Source of the DNA: an uncultured Planctomycetales bacterium
Lineage (GTDB): Bacteria > Planctomycetota > Phycisphaerae > UBA1845 > JAFGLZ01
Direction: 5' to 3'
DNA length: 64,000 nt
Assembly: GCA_964446835.1 (NCBI GenBank)
Contig: CAYUQT010000007.1
Span: forward strand, 9,176 to 73,175
Part shown: in pieces, positions 27,158 to 36,607 of the stretch
How positions within the stretch are numbered: the stretch's first letter is position 1
Layout: each line of letters starts with the position of its first letter
Translations under genes and position numbers: made by a program
The notes under the pieces: model-generated
Told to the model about the DNA's origin: nothing
The model's input: only the letters and a program-made list of their open reading frames with translations
Databases searched by the model: none

Positions 27158-27283
27158 CCCTTGGGCCGCGTACAGGCGGATTGAACTCGCGATCGGGAGG
27201 CACGGAGCCGAACTTAGGAACGACCGCATTCGCTGCCCCGGTTGGAGGCGCGACGCCGGAAGCGGATTCATCGGGAGAGGATC

Positions 27284-28837
27284 ATGTCGAAGGCCCGAAT
27301 GCACTTTCGAGTGGCCGATATGTTCTGCAGCGAGAGTCGCCCCGAGCCCTGCGGCGTCATCATCTTCGGGGCCTCGGGGGATCTGGCACACCGTAAACTG
27401 CTGCCGTCGCTGTATAGCCTCTTTCGCAGGAACCTCCTGCCCGAGCGGTTCTTCGTCGTGGGGTGCGCGCGAACGGCGATGACCGACGATTCATTTCGGC
27501 AGAGTCTCGGCGTTTCGCTGGAGAAGTTCGCGGATGCAGGAACGGCTCAGGAGCGAGAGGCCTTCGGCCGGTCCTGCTATTACGTCGCGGGGGACTACAC
27601 GTCGGCAGACCTGTATGCCACCCTGGGCGAGAGGCTCGTCGATCTCGAAGCTCGCCACGCGACAGAAGGCAATCGTGTCTTCTATGCGTCGGTTCCACCC
27701 CAGGTGTATGAAAGGGTCATTTCCCGGCTCGGGGAGACGGGCCTGACCGAAGAGCCTGATGACCGAACCCCCTGGCGGCGCGTGGTGATCGAGAAACCCT
27801 TCGGTCGCGACCTGGACAGCGCTGTAGCCCTGAGCCGCGACCTTCATCAGGTGCTGTACGAACACCAGATCTACCGTATCGATCATTACCTCGGCAAAGA
27901 CACGGTTCAGAACATCCTGATGTTGCGGTTTGCCAATGCGGTTTTCGAACCGCTCTGGAACCGTCAATACGTCGACCACGTGCAGATCACCGTGGCCGAG
28001 TCGGTGGGTGTGGAGCATCGAGCGGGTTACTTCGAGCAGAACGGATTGCTGCGCGACATGTTCCAGAACCACATGCTCCAGATGCTCGCCCTGGTGGCAA
28101 TGGAGCCGCCGGTGTCGTTTGACGCCGACCGGGTTCGCGATGAGAAGTCGAAGCTGACGCGATCGATCCGCCCATTCCATCCGAAGGACCTGGATCGCTG
28201 GATCGTTCGGGGACAATACGGAGCGGGGCGGATCGGCGAGGACACGGTTCCTGCCTATCGAGAGGAACCCGATGTAGCACCCGATTCGGGCGTCGAGACC
28301 TACGTGGCCGCCAAGCTGCTGATCGATAACTGGCGGTGGGAGGGTGTGCCGTTCTATCTTCGGTCGGGCAAAAGGCTGACGCGGCGGGTCAGCGAGATCG
28401 CCCTGACATTCAAGAGCGTGCCGCACTCGATCTTCGTGCCGATTGTGGCAGAGGACCTGGCACCCAACGTCCTGGTACTGAACGTCCAGCCGGAAGAGGG
28501 CATGTCGCTGACGATCCAGGCCAAGCGTCCGGGGCCGAAGCTCTGCATGAGCGCGCTGACGATGCACTTCAGCTACCGGGAGGTCTTTGGAGGTGAGCTT
28601 CGCGACGCCTATGAACGACTGCTGCTCGACGCCATGCTGGGCGACCAGACGCTCTTCATGCGGTATGACAATATCGAGCTGGCCTGGGCGCTGCTGAACC
28701 CTGTTCTGGGTCTCTGGGCAGAAGGTGCGCAGAGCAGGTCCACCTGCCCGCTACACACGTATGCCGCCGGTTCGTGGGGACCGACCGCGGCCGACCAACT
28801 GCTCGACGCCGACGGCCGGCGATGGCGCGTGCCCTGA
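27284..28837 (+). CDS. zwf: glucose-6-phosphate 1-dehydrogenase
   Basis: NADP-binding motif [13 protein letters not shown] and the G6PD signature RIDHYLGKD. Confidence 0.85.
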   Translation: MSKARMHFRVADMFCSESRPEPCGVIIFGASGDLAHRKLLPSLYSLFRRNLLPERFFVVGCARTAMTDDSFRQSLGVSLEKFADAGTAQEREAFGRSCYYVAGDYTSADLYATLGERLVDLEARHATEGNRVFYASVPPQVYERVISRLGETGLTEEPDDRTPWRRVVIEKPFGRDLDSAVALSRDLHQVLYEHQIYRIDHYLGKDTVQNILMLRFANAVFEPLWNRQYVDHVQITVAESVGVEHRAGYFEQNGLLRDMFQNHMLQMLALVAMEPPVSFDADRVRDEKSKLTRSIRPFHPKDLDRWIVRGQYGAGRIGEDTVPAYREEPDVAPDSGVETYVAAKLLIDNWRWEGVPFYLRSGKRLTRRVSEIALTFKSVPHSIFVPIVAEDLAPNVLVLNVQPEEGMSLTIQAKRPGPKLCMSALTMHFSYREVFGGELRDAYERLLLDAMLGDQTLFMRYDNIELAWALLNPVLGLWAEGAQSRSTCPLHTYAAGSWGPTAADQLLDADGRRWRVP

Positions 28838-28924
28838 GCGCCATTGAAGACAGAACACCAACGATGCAGATGCTCACGCCGATCCGCACGATCAGGAGTG
28901 GACGTGGGGTATGTGCGCAACGAT

Positions 28925-28978
28925 AAGGCCCGCCAAGAGATGGTCGCCCGGCGGGCCTTGAGTCTCTCGTTTCTTTTG
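28925..28978. terminator. bidirectional rho-independent terminator candidate
   Basis: AAGGCCCGCC ... GGCGGGCCTT, a 10-bp stem, followed by a T-rich run (TCTCGTTTCTTTT), between convergent zwf and the PEP-CTERM gene. Confidence 0.5.
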
Positions 28979-28985
28979 ACGTTGC

Positions 28986-30080
28986 CTATCGGCGGGTTCG
29001 ACGGACGATCGCCAGGCCGCCGAGGGCCAGGAGGCCGATTGTCATCGGTTCGGGGACGACATAGTTGAAGTAGATGTCATCCACGAAGGATGCCGTGTCA
29101 CCGACACCGCCATAGGTGCGGAAGGTCAGCGTGTGCGTGGTCCCATGAACGGTGAAGGCGTCGGTCGTGCGCCGTTCCCACGCGGTGTTGCCCACCCAAT
29201 GAACGGAGTAGACCGACACGCCGTCGAGGAAGACCTCGAGGTTGTTTCCGTTGTTGGGGCCGTTCGTGCGATTGCGCTCCAGCCAGCAGAGGTTGTAGGT
29301 AACGCCGTCCTCAAAGCTGCCGAGGGTCTGAGTGATCTCGGACCAGCCCTGCATGAAGGCAAACTGGTTACCCTCGGCCGCGGGACCGCCAAAGCCGATG
29401 CTGTCATAGCCGCTGCGGTCGAGCCCGGACCCACCGTTGAACGACCAGGCCACGCCGCTCAGACCGTTAGGGGTGTACTGAAGGGTGTTGGGACCCAGTT
29501 GGGCATCCTCGAACCCGAAGTTCATCGGGGCCGGAGCCCATTGCTCGACGGCCACCTTGTCCCACAAGGCGGTGTTGTCATAGGCCCCTTGATTGTTGCC
29601 GAGTACCAGGTTGGCATTCGTGCCGATGGCGACATAGGGGTTATGGCTGATGACGTGGCGATAGTAGAGGTCCTGGCGGGCGATATCGTGTTCGGGGACG
29701 ACGGTCGTACCGCCGAGCGTCACATACGGACGGGCGACCTCACCGGTGCCCATCTGTCCCCGCTCGTTCTCGTAGTAGTTGACGCGGTAGGCCCTGCCGG
29801 CCTCAAAACCGGAGACGTCCTGCCAGATGTAGTTCTGCGTCTGAGTGAAGGCCACCCATCCCCCGTCGGGAACCGAAGCCCCGTTGTTAAACGGACCCGA
29901 CGTGTCATTGCGACCGCTGGAACCGCCCGGATAGCTCCATCCATCGATGGGACCATAGCCGGGCCATTCCGGTGCGGCGCCCTGCTCGAAGCTCGAATTC
30001 AGAACCACCGGCGATGCCCAGGCACTGGCCGCAACGAGACAAGCTGCTGCCAGACTGACATACCGTGAAGCTCCCCTCAT
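28986..30080 (-). CDS. PEP-CTERM sorting-domain secreted protein
   Basis: Signal peptide (MRGASRYVSLAAACLVAASAWA). C-terminal VPEP motif, then a TM helix and an RRTRR tail (PEP-CTERM). GGAGGTG RBS. Confidence 0.75.
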   Translation of the reverse strand: MRGASRYVSLAAACLVAASAWASPVVLNSSFEQGAAPEWPGYGPIDGWSYPGGSSGRNDTSGPFNNGASVPDGGWVAFTQTQNYIWQDVSGFEAGRAYRVNYYENERGQMGTGEVARPYVTLGGTTVVPEHDIARQDLYYRHVISHNPYVAIGTNANLVLGNNQGAYDNTALWDKVAVEQWAPAPMNFGFEDAQLGPNTLQYTPNGLSGVAWSFNGGSGLDRSGYDSIGFGGPAAEGNQFAFMQGWSEITQTLGSFEDGVTYNLCWLERNRTNGPNNGNNLEVFLDGVSVYSVHWVGNTAWERRTTDAFTVHGTTHTLTFRTYGGVGDTASFVDDIYFNYVVPEPMTIGLLALGGLAIVRRTRR

Positions 30081-30367
30081 TTCACACCTCCGAGGACAGA
30101 CGACTGTGAATTGAAATCCCTTCGGGCAGGACGAATACTGTCCCCTTCCGCCCTTGTCACATCCCATCAAACAACCTATCAGCATGGTAATTCTATGGAT
30201 CATTTCTGTCAATTGCATTCTTTCGATTGGCCCCTCACACCTCGGAATTGCCACCTGCCCCGGAATCGCGGGGCTGCTTGACAGGTCCCGTGGGATCGAT
30301 CATTCTGCCTCTACATGCCCATGGAGTCTGTGTCCGGATCGGTTCGTCGTACGGAGAGGGCGTGCCG

Positions 30368-31015
30368 ATGATGGCTGTCTATGCAATATGCGCGGTGGTT
30401 GGAGGCACGCTCTTCCTGTGTCAGTTCGTCATGTCCCTGCTGGGACTGGCCGGCGGCGACCATGACATGGGCGACACAGGGGGAGGCGAGGGGTTCGACC
30501 ATGACCATGCCGGGGGAGCCTCGGCCGGTGATCATAGCACCGACGCCCACGGGCAGGATCACACCACAAGCCACGCCGCCGCCGCACACGGCTCCTCCTG
30601 GTTCTTCGGAGTACTAACGTTTCGTACGATCGTCGCAGCGTTGACCTTCTTCGGGCTGGCGGGCCTGGCGGGGTCTGCCGGTTCTCTGCCGGCAACCGGG
30701 GCGTTTGCCATCGCGATGGCGTCGGGGATCGCGGCGATGTACGCAGTGAGCACTCTGATGCGGGGGCTGACGCGACTGAGCGTCGAAGGGACCGTGCAGA
30801 TTGAGGAGGCCGTCGGACAGACTGGGACGGTGTACCTTCGAGTGCCGGGCTTCGGTTCCGGAGTCGGCAAGGTCACGCTGACGGTCCAGAACCGGACGAT
30901 GGAGTACTCGGCGATCACGAACGGAGAAGAGCTGCCGACGGGGACCGCGGTGATCATCGTCGGCGTTGCGGACCCGGACACCGTGGAAATCCGCGCGGCG
31001 CCCGAATCTGTCTGA
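30368..31015 (+). CDS. NfeD-family membrane protein (YuaF-like) with His/Asp-rich loop
   Basis: Two TM helices and a C-terminal OB-fold (GKVTLTVQNRTMEYSAITNGEELPTGTAVIIVGV). It lies immediately upstream of the flotillin gene. Confidence 0.65.
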   Translation: MMAVYAICAVVGGTLFLCQFVMSLLGLAGGDHDMGDTGGGEGFDHDHAGGASAGDHSTDAHGQDHTTSHAAAAHGSSWFFGVLTFRTIVAALTFFGLAGLAGSAGSLPATGAFAIAMASGIAAMYAVSTLMRGLTRLSVEGTVQIEEAVGQTGTVYLRVPGFGSGVGKVTLTVQNRTMEYSAITNGEELPTGTAVIIVGVADPDTVEIRAAPESV

Positions 31016-31132
31016 CCGAAGTCCCTGCGTTGAGTGAAGGGTGCGGTCCGGACGTCGTATGACTGGTGTGTCGGCTACGGGATAGCGCCCGCCCTCGGGT
31101 GGCGATGCCCTTCGCTGAAAGGAGCGATCTTC

Positions 31133-32869
31133 ATGAGTCTCATCTTGGCAGCACGTGTCGGCGCGAGCGGTTCAGACGACGCCTATGTGTATCTGGGCAT
31201 TCTCGTCATATTCGTAGCCCTGATGTTTGTCAGCTTCGTGGCGCTGCTGTCGCGCCGGTACAAGCGGTGTCCCAGCAACCGGGTTCTGGTGATCTACGGA
31301 AAGGTCACACAGGGTCAGACCGCCAAGTGCGTTCACGGTGGGGCGTCGTTTGTCTGGCCGCTGATTCAGAACTATGCCTACATGAGCCTCGAGCCGATCC
31401 AGATCGAGATCCCGCTCAAGAGCGCCCTGTCGATGGAGAACATCCGCGTGAACGTGCCCAGCGTGTTCACTGTGGCGATCGGCACCCAATCGGAGGTGAT
31501 GCAGAACGCGGCCATCCGTCTGCTCGGTCTGGACACCGATCAGATCAAGCAGCAGGCTCAGGACATCATCTTCGGGCAGCTCCGCCAGGTGATGGCCTCG
31601 ATGCGGATCGAGGATATCAACCGCGATCGCGAGAAGTTTCTGGAGAACATCCAGAAATCGCTCGAACCCGAGCTTCGCAAGATCGGACTGGTACTGATCA
31701 ACGTGAATATCACCGACATCACCGACGAGTCGGGATACATCGAGGCGATCGGCAAGAAGGCGGCGTCGCAGGCGATTCAGCAGGCCCGCGGCGATGTGGC
31801 CGATCAGGAGAAGATGGGCGAGATTCGCGTGGCCGAGGCCGATCGGGAGAAGGCGGTGCAGGTCGCCAACGCCCGCAAGCTCCGCGAGATCGGCACCCGC
31901 GAGGCACAGCGGGACATGGTCGTTCGACTGGCCGAGATGGAGAAGGAACAGAAGTTCGGCGAGCAGAAGGCGGTCTTCGAGCGCGAGGCGCTGGTCAAGC
32001 AGTCGGAGCGCGAACAGGCCGTTCGCATCGCCGAGTTGGACAAAGAGCAGAAGACCGGCGAGCAGACGGCCGTCATGGAGCGCGAGGCACAGGTCAAGGA
32101 CGCCGAACGAGCCAAGCGCGTTTCCATGTCCGACGCGGAGGCCAAGGCCGTGACGGGCGAAAACGAGGCCAAGGCCAAGATAGCGGCCTCTCTGGCAGCC
32201 CTTCAGGTCAAACAGGCCGAAGCCTACCAGCTTGGCGAGACCCGCAAGCGAGAGGCCGAGGCTGCCGTGCTCGAAGCCCAGTATCGGGCCCAGGCCAAAG
32301 CGGCGTTGGCGGAGGCGGAGAAGGTCGAGGCGGAGAAACGTGCCGCCCTCGAAGCGGTTGCCAAGGCCGAGAAGGCCAAGATCGTCGTGGAAGCCGAGGC
32401 TGAAGCCGACAAGCGCCGGATCCAGGCCGAGGGCGAAGCGTCGGCGATCTTCGCCCGCCTTCAGGCAGAGGCCCGGGGCCAGTACGAGATTCTCGCGAAG
32501 AAGGGCGACGGCTTGCGTCAGATCATCCAGGCGTGCGGTGGGGCTCAGCCGGCGTTTCAGCTCATGATGCTCGAGCATCTCGACGCGATGACGCAGTCGG
32601 CCGCCCACGCCATATCGAACATCAAGTTCGACAAGGTCATCGTGTGGGAGAACGGCGGGGTCGACGGGACGAGCAATACGGCTCGGTTCCTGCACGGCAT
32701 CGCCCGATCGTTGCCGCCGATGATGCAGGTGCTCAAGGACGTCGGCGGCGTGGAGCTGCCTGAGTATCTGGCTAAGCTTCAAGTCGATGCCGGAAGTCCC
32801 ACCGGCGGCGGAGAAACGCAGCCCCCGCCCACCGCATCGACGAAATCCACCGGCCCGAAAGGCGGATAG
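31133..32869 (+). CDS. flotillin-like SPFH/band-7 protein (FloT/YuaG-like)
   Basis: AAGGAG RBS. N-terminal membrane hairpin, an SPFH domain, then an extended EA-rich coiled-coil (flotillin repeats) and a C-terminal globular part. Confidence 0.8.
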   Translation: MSLILAARVGASGSDDAYVYLGILVIFVALMFVSFVALLSRRYKRCPSNRVLVIYGKVTQGQTAKCVHGGASFVWPLIQNYAYMSLEPIQIEIPLKSALSMENIRVNVPSVFTVAIGTQSEVMQNAAIRLLGLDTDQIKQQAQDIIFGQLRQVMASMRIEDINRDREKFLENIQKSLEPELRKIGLVLINVNITDITDESGYIEAIGKKAASQAIQQARGDVADQEKMGEIRVAEADREKAVQVANARKLREIGTREAQRDMVVRLAEMEKEQKFGEQKAVFEREALVKQSEREQAVRIAELDKEQKTGEQTAVMEREAQVKDAERAKRVSMSDAEAKAVTGENEAKAKIAASLAALQVKQAEAYQLGETRKREAEAAVLEAQYRAQAKAALAEAEKVEAEKRAALEAVAKAEKAKIVVEAEAEADKRRIQAEGEASAIFARLQAEARGQYEILAKKGDGLRQIIQACGGAQPAFQLMMLEHLDAMTQSAAHAISNIKFDKVIVWENGGVDGTSNTARFLHGIARSLPPMMQVLKDVGGVELPEYLAKLQVDAGSPTGGGETQPPPTASTKSTGPKGG

Positions 32870-33032
32870 GGTCGGCCAAGGGCGACGATCGCGATCGATC
32901 CCAATGGAACGCAGCTCCTTGATGGAAATGGGCTGCGTTCCTTGTTTACGGTCCGGGGGGATTTGGTGGTACACTCTCGGCGTTTGAGCGAGTGACTGCC
33001 CATCGAGAAGAGGTTGTCTGGGAGGAATTCGG

Positions 33033-33986
33033 ATGAACACACGACGGAGCCTGTGCCTTGGGCTGATGGCGGGGATGTTGCTGGCCGGTTGCGGTAAGGA
33101 GCCCGCCGGTTCGCCGAAGGCCGCGTCGGGGCCCTCAAAGGGACGTCTCTTCGGCGTCAGCTTTCAGACGATGAACAACCCGTTTTTCGTCGACCTTAAC
33201 GACGGACTCAAGGGCGTGATCGAGTCCAAGGGGGACAGCCTTCTGACCCTGGACGCCCAGTTCAACGCCCTCAAGCAGAAGAATGACCTGTCGGACCTCA
33301 TCCTGAAGGGCGCCGCTGCGATCTTCATCAACCCGGTCAATTGGGAAGGCATCAAGGGCAGCCTGCTCCAGGCGAAGCAGAAGGGCATTCCGTGTCTGAT
33401 CGTCGACGCCCCCGTTCGCGACCAAGACCTGGTGGCCTGCACGGTAGCCTCCGACAACGTTAAGGCGGGCCGGCTGGCGGCCCAGGCGATGGTCGAGGCG
33501 TGCCGCCCGGCGAAGCTGGTAGTCCTTCATCACATGATCAACAAGGCCTGTCTGGATCGCGTCGAGGGGTTCATGGACGAACTCAAGAAGTACCCGGACA
33601 TGAAGGTTCTCGACACGCAAGAGGGCAAGGGCACGACCGAAGGGGGACGCCCCGTGATGCGAGACCTGATCGGCCGGTTCCCCGATCTGAACGCCGTATT
33701 CGCGATCAACGACCCCAGCGCATTGGGCTGTGTCTCCGCATTGGAATCGGCGGGCAAGCTTCAGGCGGTCAAGATCGTCAGCGTCGACGGCTCGACGGCG
33801 GCCGTCAACGCGATCAAGGCCGGCAAGCTTCTGTCCACGTCGGCCCAGTTTCCGGGGGAGATCGGCAAGGTGGCGGCCGAACAGGCCTACAAGATCCTTG
33901 AGGGCAAGCCCGTCGAGAAGGACATCAAGGTGAAGGTCGAGCTCATCACGCGTAAGAACGCCGATCAGTTCCTGGGTAAGAAGTAA
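33033..33986 (+). CDS. sugar ABC transporter periplasmic substrate-binding lipoprotein (RbsB/type-I PBP family)
   Basis: GGGAGG RBS; lipobox LLAGCG; the fold is that of the ribose/galactose-binding protein family. Confidence 0.8.
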   Translation: MNTRRSLCLGLMAGMLLAGCGKEPAGSPKAASGPSKGRLFGVSFQTMNNPFFVDLNDGLKGVIESKGDSLLTLDAQFNALKQKNDLSDLILKGAAAIFINPVNWEGIKGSLLQAKQKGIPCLIVDAPVRDQDLVACTVASDNVKAGRLAAQAMVEACRPAKLVVLHHMINKACLDRVEGFMDELKKYPDMKVLDTQEGKGTTEGGRPVMRDLIGRFPDLNAVFAINDPSALGCVSALESAGKLQAVKIVSVDGSTAAVNAIKAGKLLSTSAQFPGEIGKVAAEQAYKILEGKPVEKDIKVKVELITRKNADQFLGKK

Positions 33987-34046
33987 CGGTGGCGGAGCTT
34001 CGGCCGGAAGAGGGGCAGGCATGATGTTGGGTGGAGTGATGTTTCG

Positions 34047-35570
34047 GTGACCGCCGCATCGACCGACACGTCCCAGCGGCTGACGATTCGCGGACTGACC
34101 AAGCGGTTCGGAGGGGTGACCGCCCTGGACCGCGTCGACCTGGACCTTCGCGCCGGTGAAATTCACGCGCTGCTCGGCGAGAACGGGGCCGGAAAGTCCA
34201 CGCTGATCAAGATTCTGGCCGGGGTTCATGCACCCGACGCCGGCACGATCGAGGTGAACGGCCGGCGTGAGATCATCCGAGACGTCTCCGACGCCGATCG
34301 CCTCGGGATCCGTGTCATCCACCAGGAACTCTCGCTGGCGGGCAATCTGTCCGTGGCCGAGAACATCTATCTGGGCCGGGAACCCCATACGTTCGGCTGG
34401 CTTCACCGGGGACAGATCTACTCTGAGGCGCGAACCCTGATTGATCGGCTGGGCCTGACCGAATTGAACGACGTCCGCGCCCCGGTCGATCGTCTGAGCG
34501 TCGCCCATCGGCAATTGGTTGAAATCGCCCGGGCCCTGTCGTCTCAGGCGAGGATTCTCATCCTGGACGAGCCCACATCGAGCCTTTCGGAGGCCGAGAC
34601 CGAGGCCCTGTTCACCACGTTGCGGCGCCTTCGCGGGCAGGGCGTAGGAATCATCTACATCTCGCACCGGCTCGAGGAGATCGTGCGTCTGGCCGACCGG
34701 ATCACCGTGCTTCGCGACGGGCATTCGGTGGGAACGCAGGATGCCGCGCGCGTGGACCAGCGTGAGCTGGTTCGCTGGATGGTGGGGCGCGACATCGTGG
34801 AACACTTTCATCGGCCACCCCACAACCCGGGGGCACCGGCGCTCGAGGTGCGCGCTCTGCGGAACCCCCGGATACATGACGTCAGTTTCTCGTTGGCTCA
34901 TGGAGAGATCCTTGGGATCGCCGGCCTGATGGGTTCGGGGCGATCGGAACTGGTGCGAGCCCTCTTCGGCATCGATCCGATCGACGGCGGCGAGATACGC
35001 GTCAACGGTGTGGCTCGCGGGATCAGCAATCCCCAGGACGCCCTGAAGGCGGGGATCGTGCTGGTTCCTGAGGATCGGCGGCGCGACGGGCTCGTCATGA
35101 TCCAGTCGGTGGCGTTCAACATCGCCCTGCCGTGGGCCTCGGAGTGGAATCCGCCGTTGCGGCCAAACCACGGCCGCCGGCGTGAGATCGTCCAGCGGGC
35201 GGTGCGGGACTTCGGCATCCGGCTGGCCGATCCCGAGCAGACCGTTCTGGGGCTGTCGGGCGGTAACCAGCAGAAGGTTCTCGTCGGACGGTGGATGGAG
35301 CATCGTCCGCAGGTGCTGATACTGGACGAACCGACTCGCGGCGTGGACGTGGGTGCCCGCGAGGAGATGTTCGCCATCATCAGCCGGCTGGTGGAGGAGG
35401 GCATGGCGGTGCTGCTGATATCGTCGGACCTGGCGGAGGTCATGAACATATCGCACCGGCTGGCGATCTACAAAGACGGACGCATCGTTCGGACCGTGTC
35501 GTCCGATTCGCTGACGCCGGAACAAGTAATGGCGTTGCTGACAGGGGCTCAGGTGCATGAGAGTCATTAA
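34047..35570 (+). CDS. sugar ABC transporter ATP-binding protein (duplicated ABC domains, RbsA/MglA-like)
   Basis: Two Walker A motifs (GENGAGKST in the first half), an LSGGNQQK signature and a Walker B (ILILDEPT). Confidence 0.85.
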   Translation: MTAASTDTSQRLTIRGLTKRFGGVTALDRVDLDLRAGEIHALLGENGAGKSTLIKILAGVHAPDAGTIEVNGRREIIRDVSDADRLGIRVIHQELSLAGNLSVAENIYLGREPHTFGWLHRGQIYSEARTLIDRLGLTELNDVRAPVDRLSVAHRQLVEIARALSSQARILILDEPTSSLSEAETEALFTTLRRLRGQGVGIIYISHRLEEIVRLADRITVLRDGHSVGTQDAARVDQRELVRWMVGRDIVEHFHRPPHNPGAPALEVRALRNPRIHDVSFSLAHGEILGIAGLMGSGRSELVRALFGIDPIDGGEIRVNGVARGISNPQDALKAGIVLVPEDRRRDGLVMIQSVAFNIALPWASEWNPPLRPNHGRRREIVQRAVRDFGIRLADPEQTVLGLSGGNQQKVLVGRWMEHRPQVLILDEPTRGVDVGAREEMFAIISRLVEEGMAVLLISSDLAEVMNISHRLAIYKDGRIVRTVSSDSLTPEQVMALLTGAQVHESH

Positions 35571-36519
35571 ACAGATCGCGCCCTTGCTGGGTGCAATGGC
35601 GGCCCTGATGGTGTTGTTCCGCTATTATGTGCCGAACTTCCTGACGGCCGAGAACATGCTCGACTTGGCCCAGCAGGTGTCTGTGAATGCGATCATCGCA
35701 TTCGGGATGACGCTGACGATACTGATCGGCGGGATCGACCTGTCGGTCGGATCGGTACTGGCGCTGGTGGGTTCCACGTCCGTATTCGTGTTGACCATGG
35801 GTGGGGCAAGTGCCGGCGGCGGGTCGCACTGGGTGCTGGCGGTGTTGGCCGGTCTGGCGGTGGCGGGGGCGTTCGGGGCGTTCAACGGGGTGTGCGCGGC
35901 CAAGACCCGCATGCCGCCGTTCATCATCACACTGGGGACGATGCTGGTGGCCCGAGGGGCGGCGCAGCGTTTCAACGAGGCCAGGCCGATGCCGATTCCC
36001 GACCACCAGACGGCGTTTCTCTGGATCGGAAACGGTCGGTTATTCGGGGTGCTTCCCGTGCCGGTTGTGATCATGCTTGTGGCCTTTGCGGCCGCCCTGC
36101 TGATGCTGCACCGGACGCGGTTCGGGCAGCATCTCTACGCGATCGGAGGCAATCGGGAGGCGGCGCGGTTCACGGGCATTCGGCTGGCGCGCAATGAGAT
36201 TATCGTCTACGTTCTGTGTGCCCTGTTGACGGGTGTGGCCGGTCTGATTCACGTGTCACAGCTCTACTCAGCGGCGCCGGACTCGGGTGGCGGTTTCGAG
36301 TTGAACGCCATTGCCGCGGCGGTGGTGGGTGGCACGAGCTTCACCGGCGGAATCGGCACGATGTACGGCACGCTGATCGGGGCGACGATCATCGGCATTC
36401 TGGACAAGGGGTTGAACCAGACGGGGGTCCACTTCTCGCTCCAGTCGGTCGTCAAGGGGCTGGTGGTCATCGCCGCGGTGTACATCGACGTGCGGCGACG
36501 GGGACGGTCCGGCCGATAG
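35557..36519 (+). CDS. sugar ABC transporter permease (RbsC/AraH family)
   Basis: Polytopic membrane protein. Overlaps the ATPase gene by 14 nt. Confidence 0.8.
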   Translation: MRVIKQIAPLLGAMAALMVLFRYYVPNFLTAENMLDLAQQVSVNAIIAFGMTLTILIGGIDLSVGSVLALVGSTSVFVLTMGGASAGGGSHWVLAVLAGLAVAGAFGAFNGVCAAKTRMPPFIITLGTMLVARGAAQRFNEARPMPIPDHQTAFLWIGNGRLFGVLPVPVVIMLVAFAAALLMLHRTRFGQHLYAIGGNREAARFTGIRLARNEIIVYVLCALLTGVAGLIHVSQLYSAAPDSGGGFELNAIAAAVVGGTSFTGGIGTMYGTLIGATIIGILDKGLNQTGVHFSLQSVVKGLVVIAAVYIDVRRRGRSGR

Positions 36520-36607
36520 TGCCACGCCGGCGCAGACGATTCTCGCTGCGATCGTTCAGCCCTCCATTCCCCCCGATGGACACCATGTCTTTCCGTTGTG
36601 ACGACCT

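Noticed and set aside
31172-33040. 622-aa minus-strand ORF overlapping the flotillin gene
   Set aside because: Antisense of the EA-rich repeat region. Leu/Arg/Gly-rich with no recognisable domain. The flotillin frame has an SPFH domain and a strong RBS.
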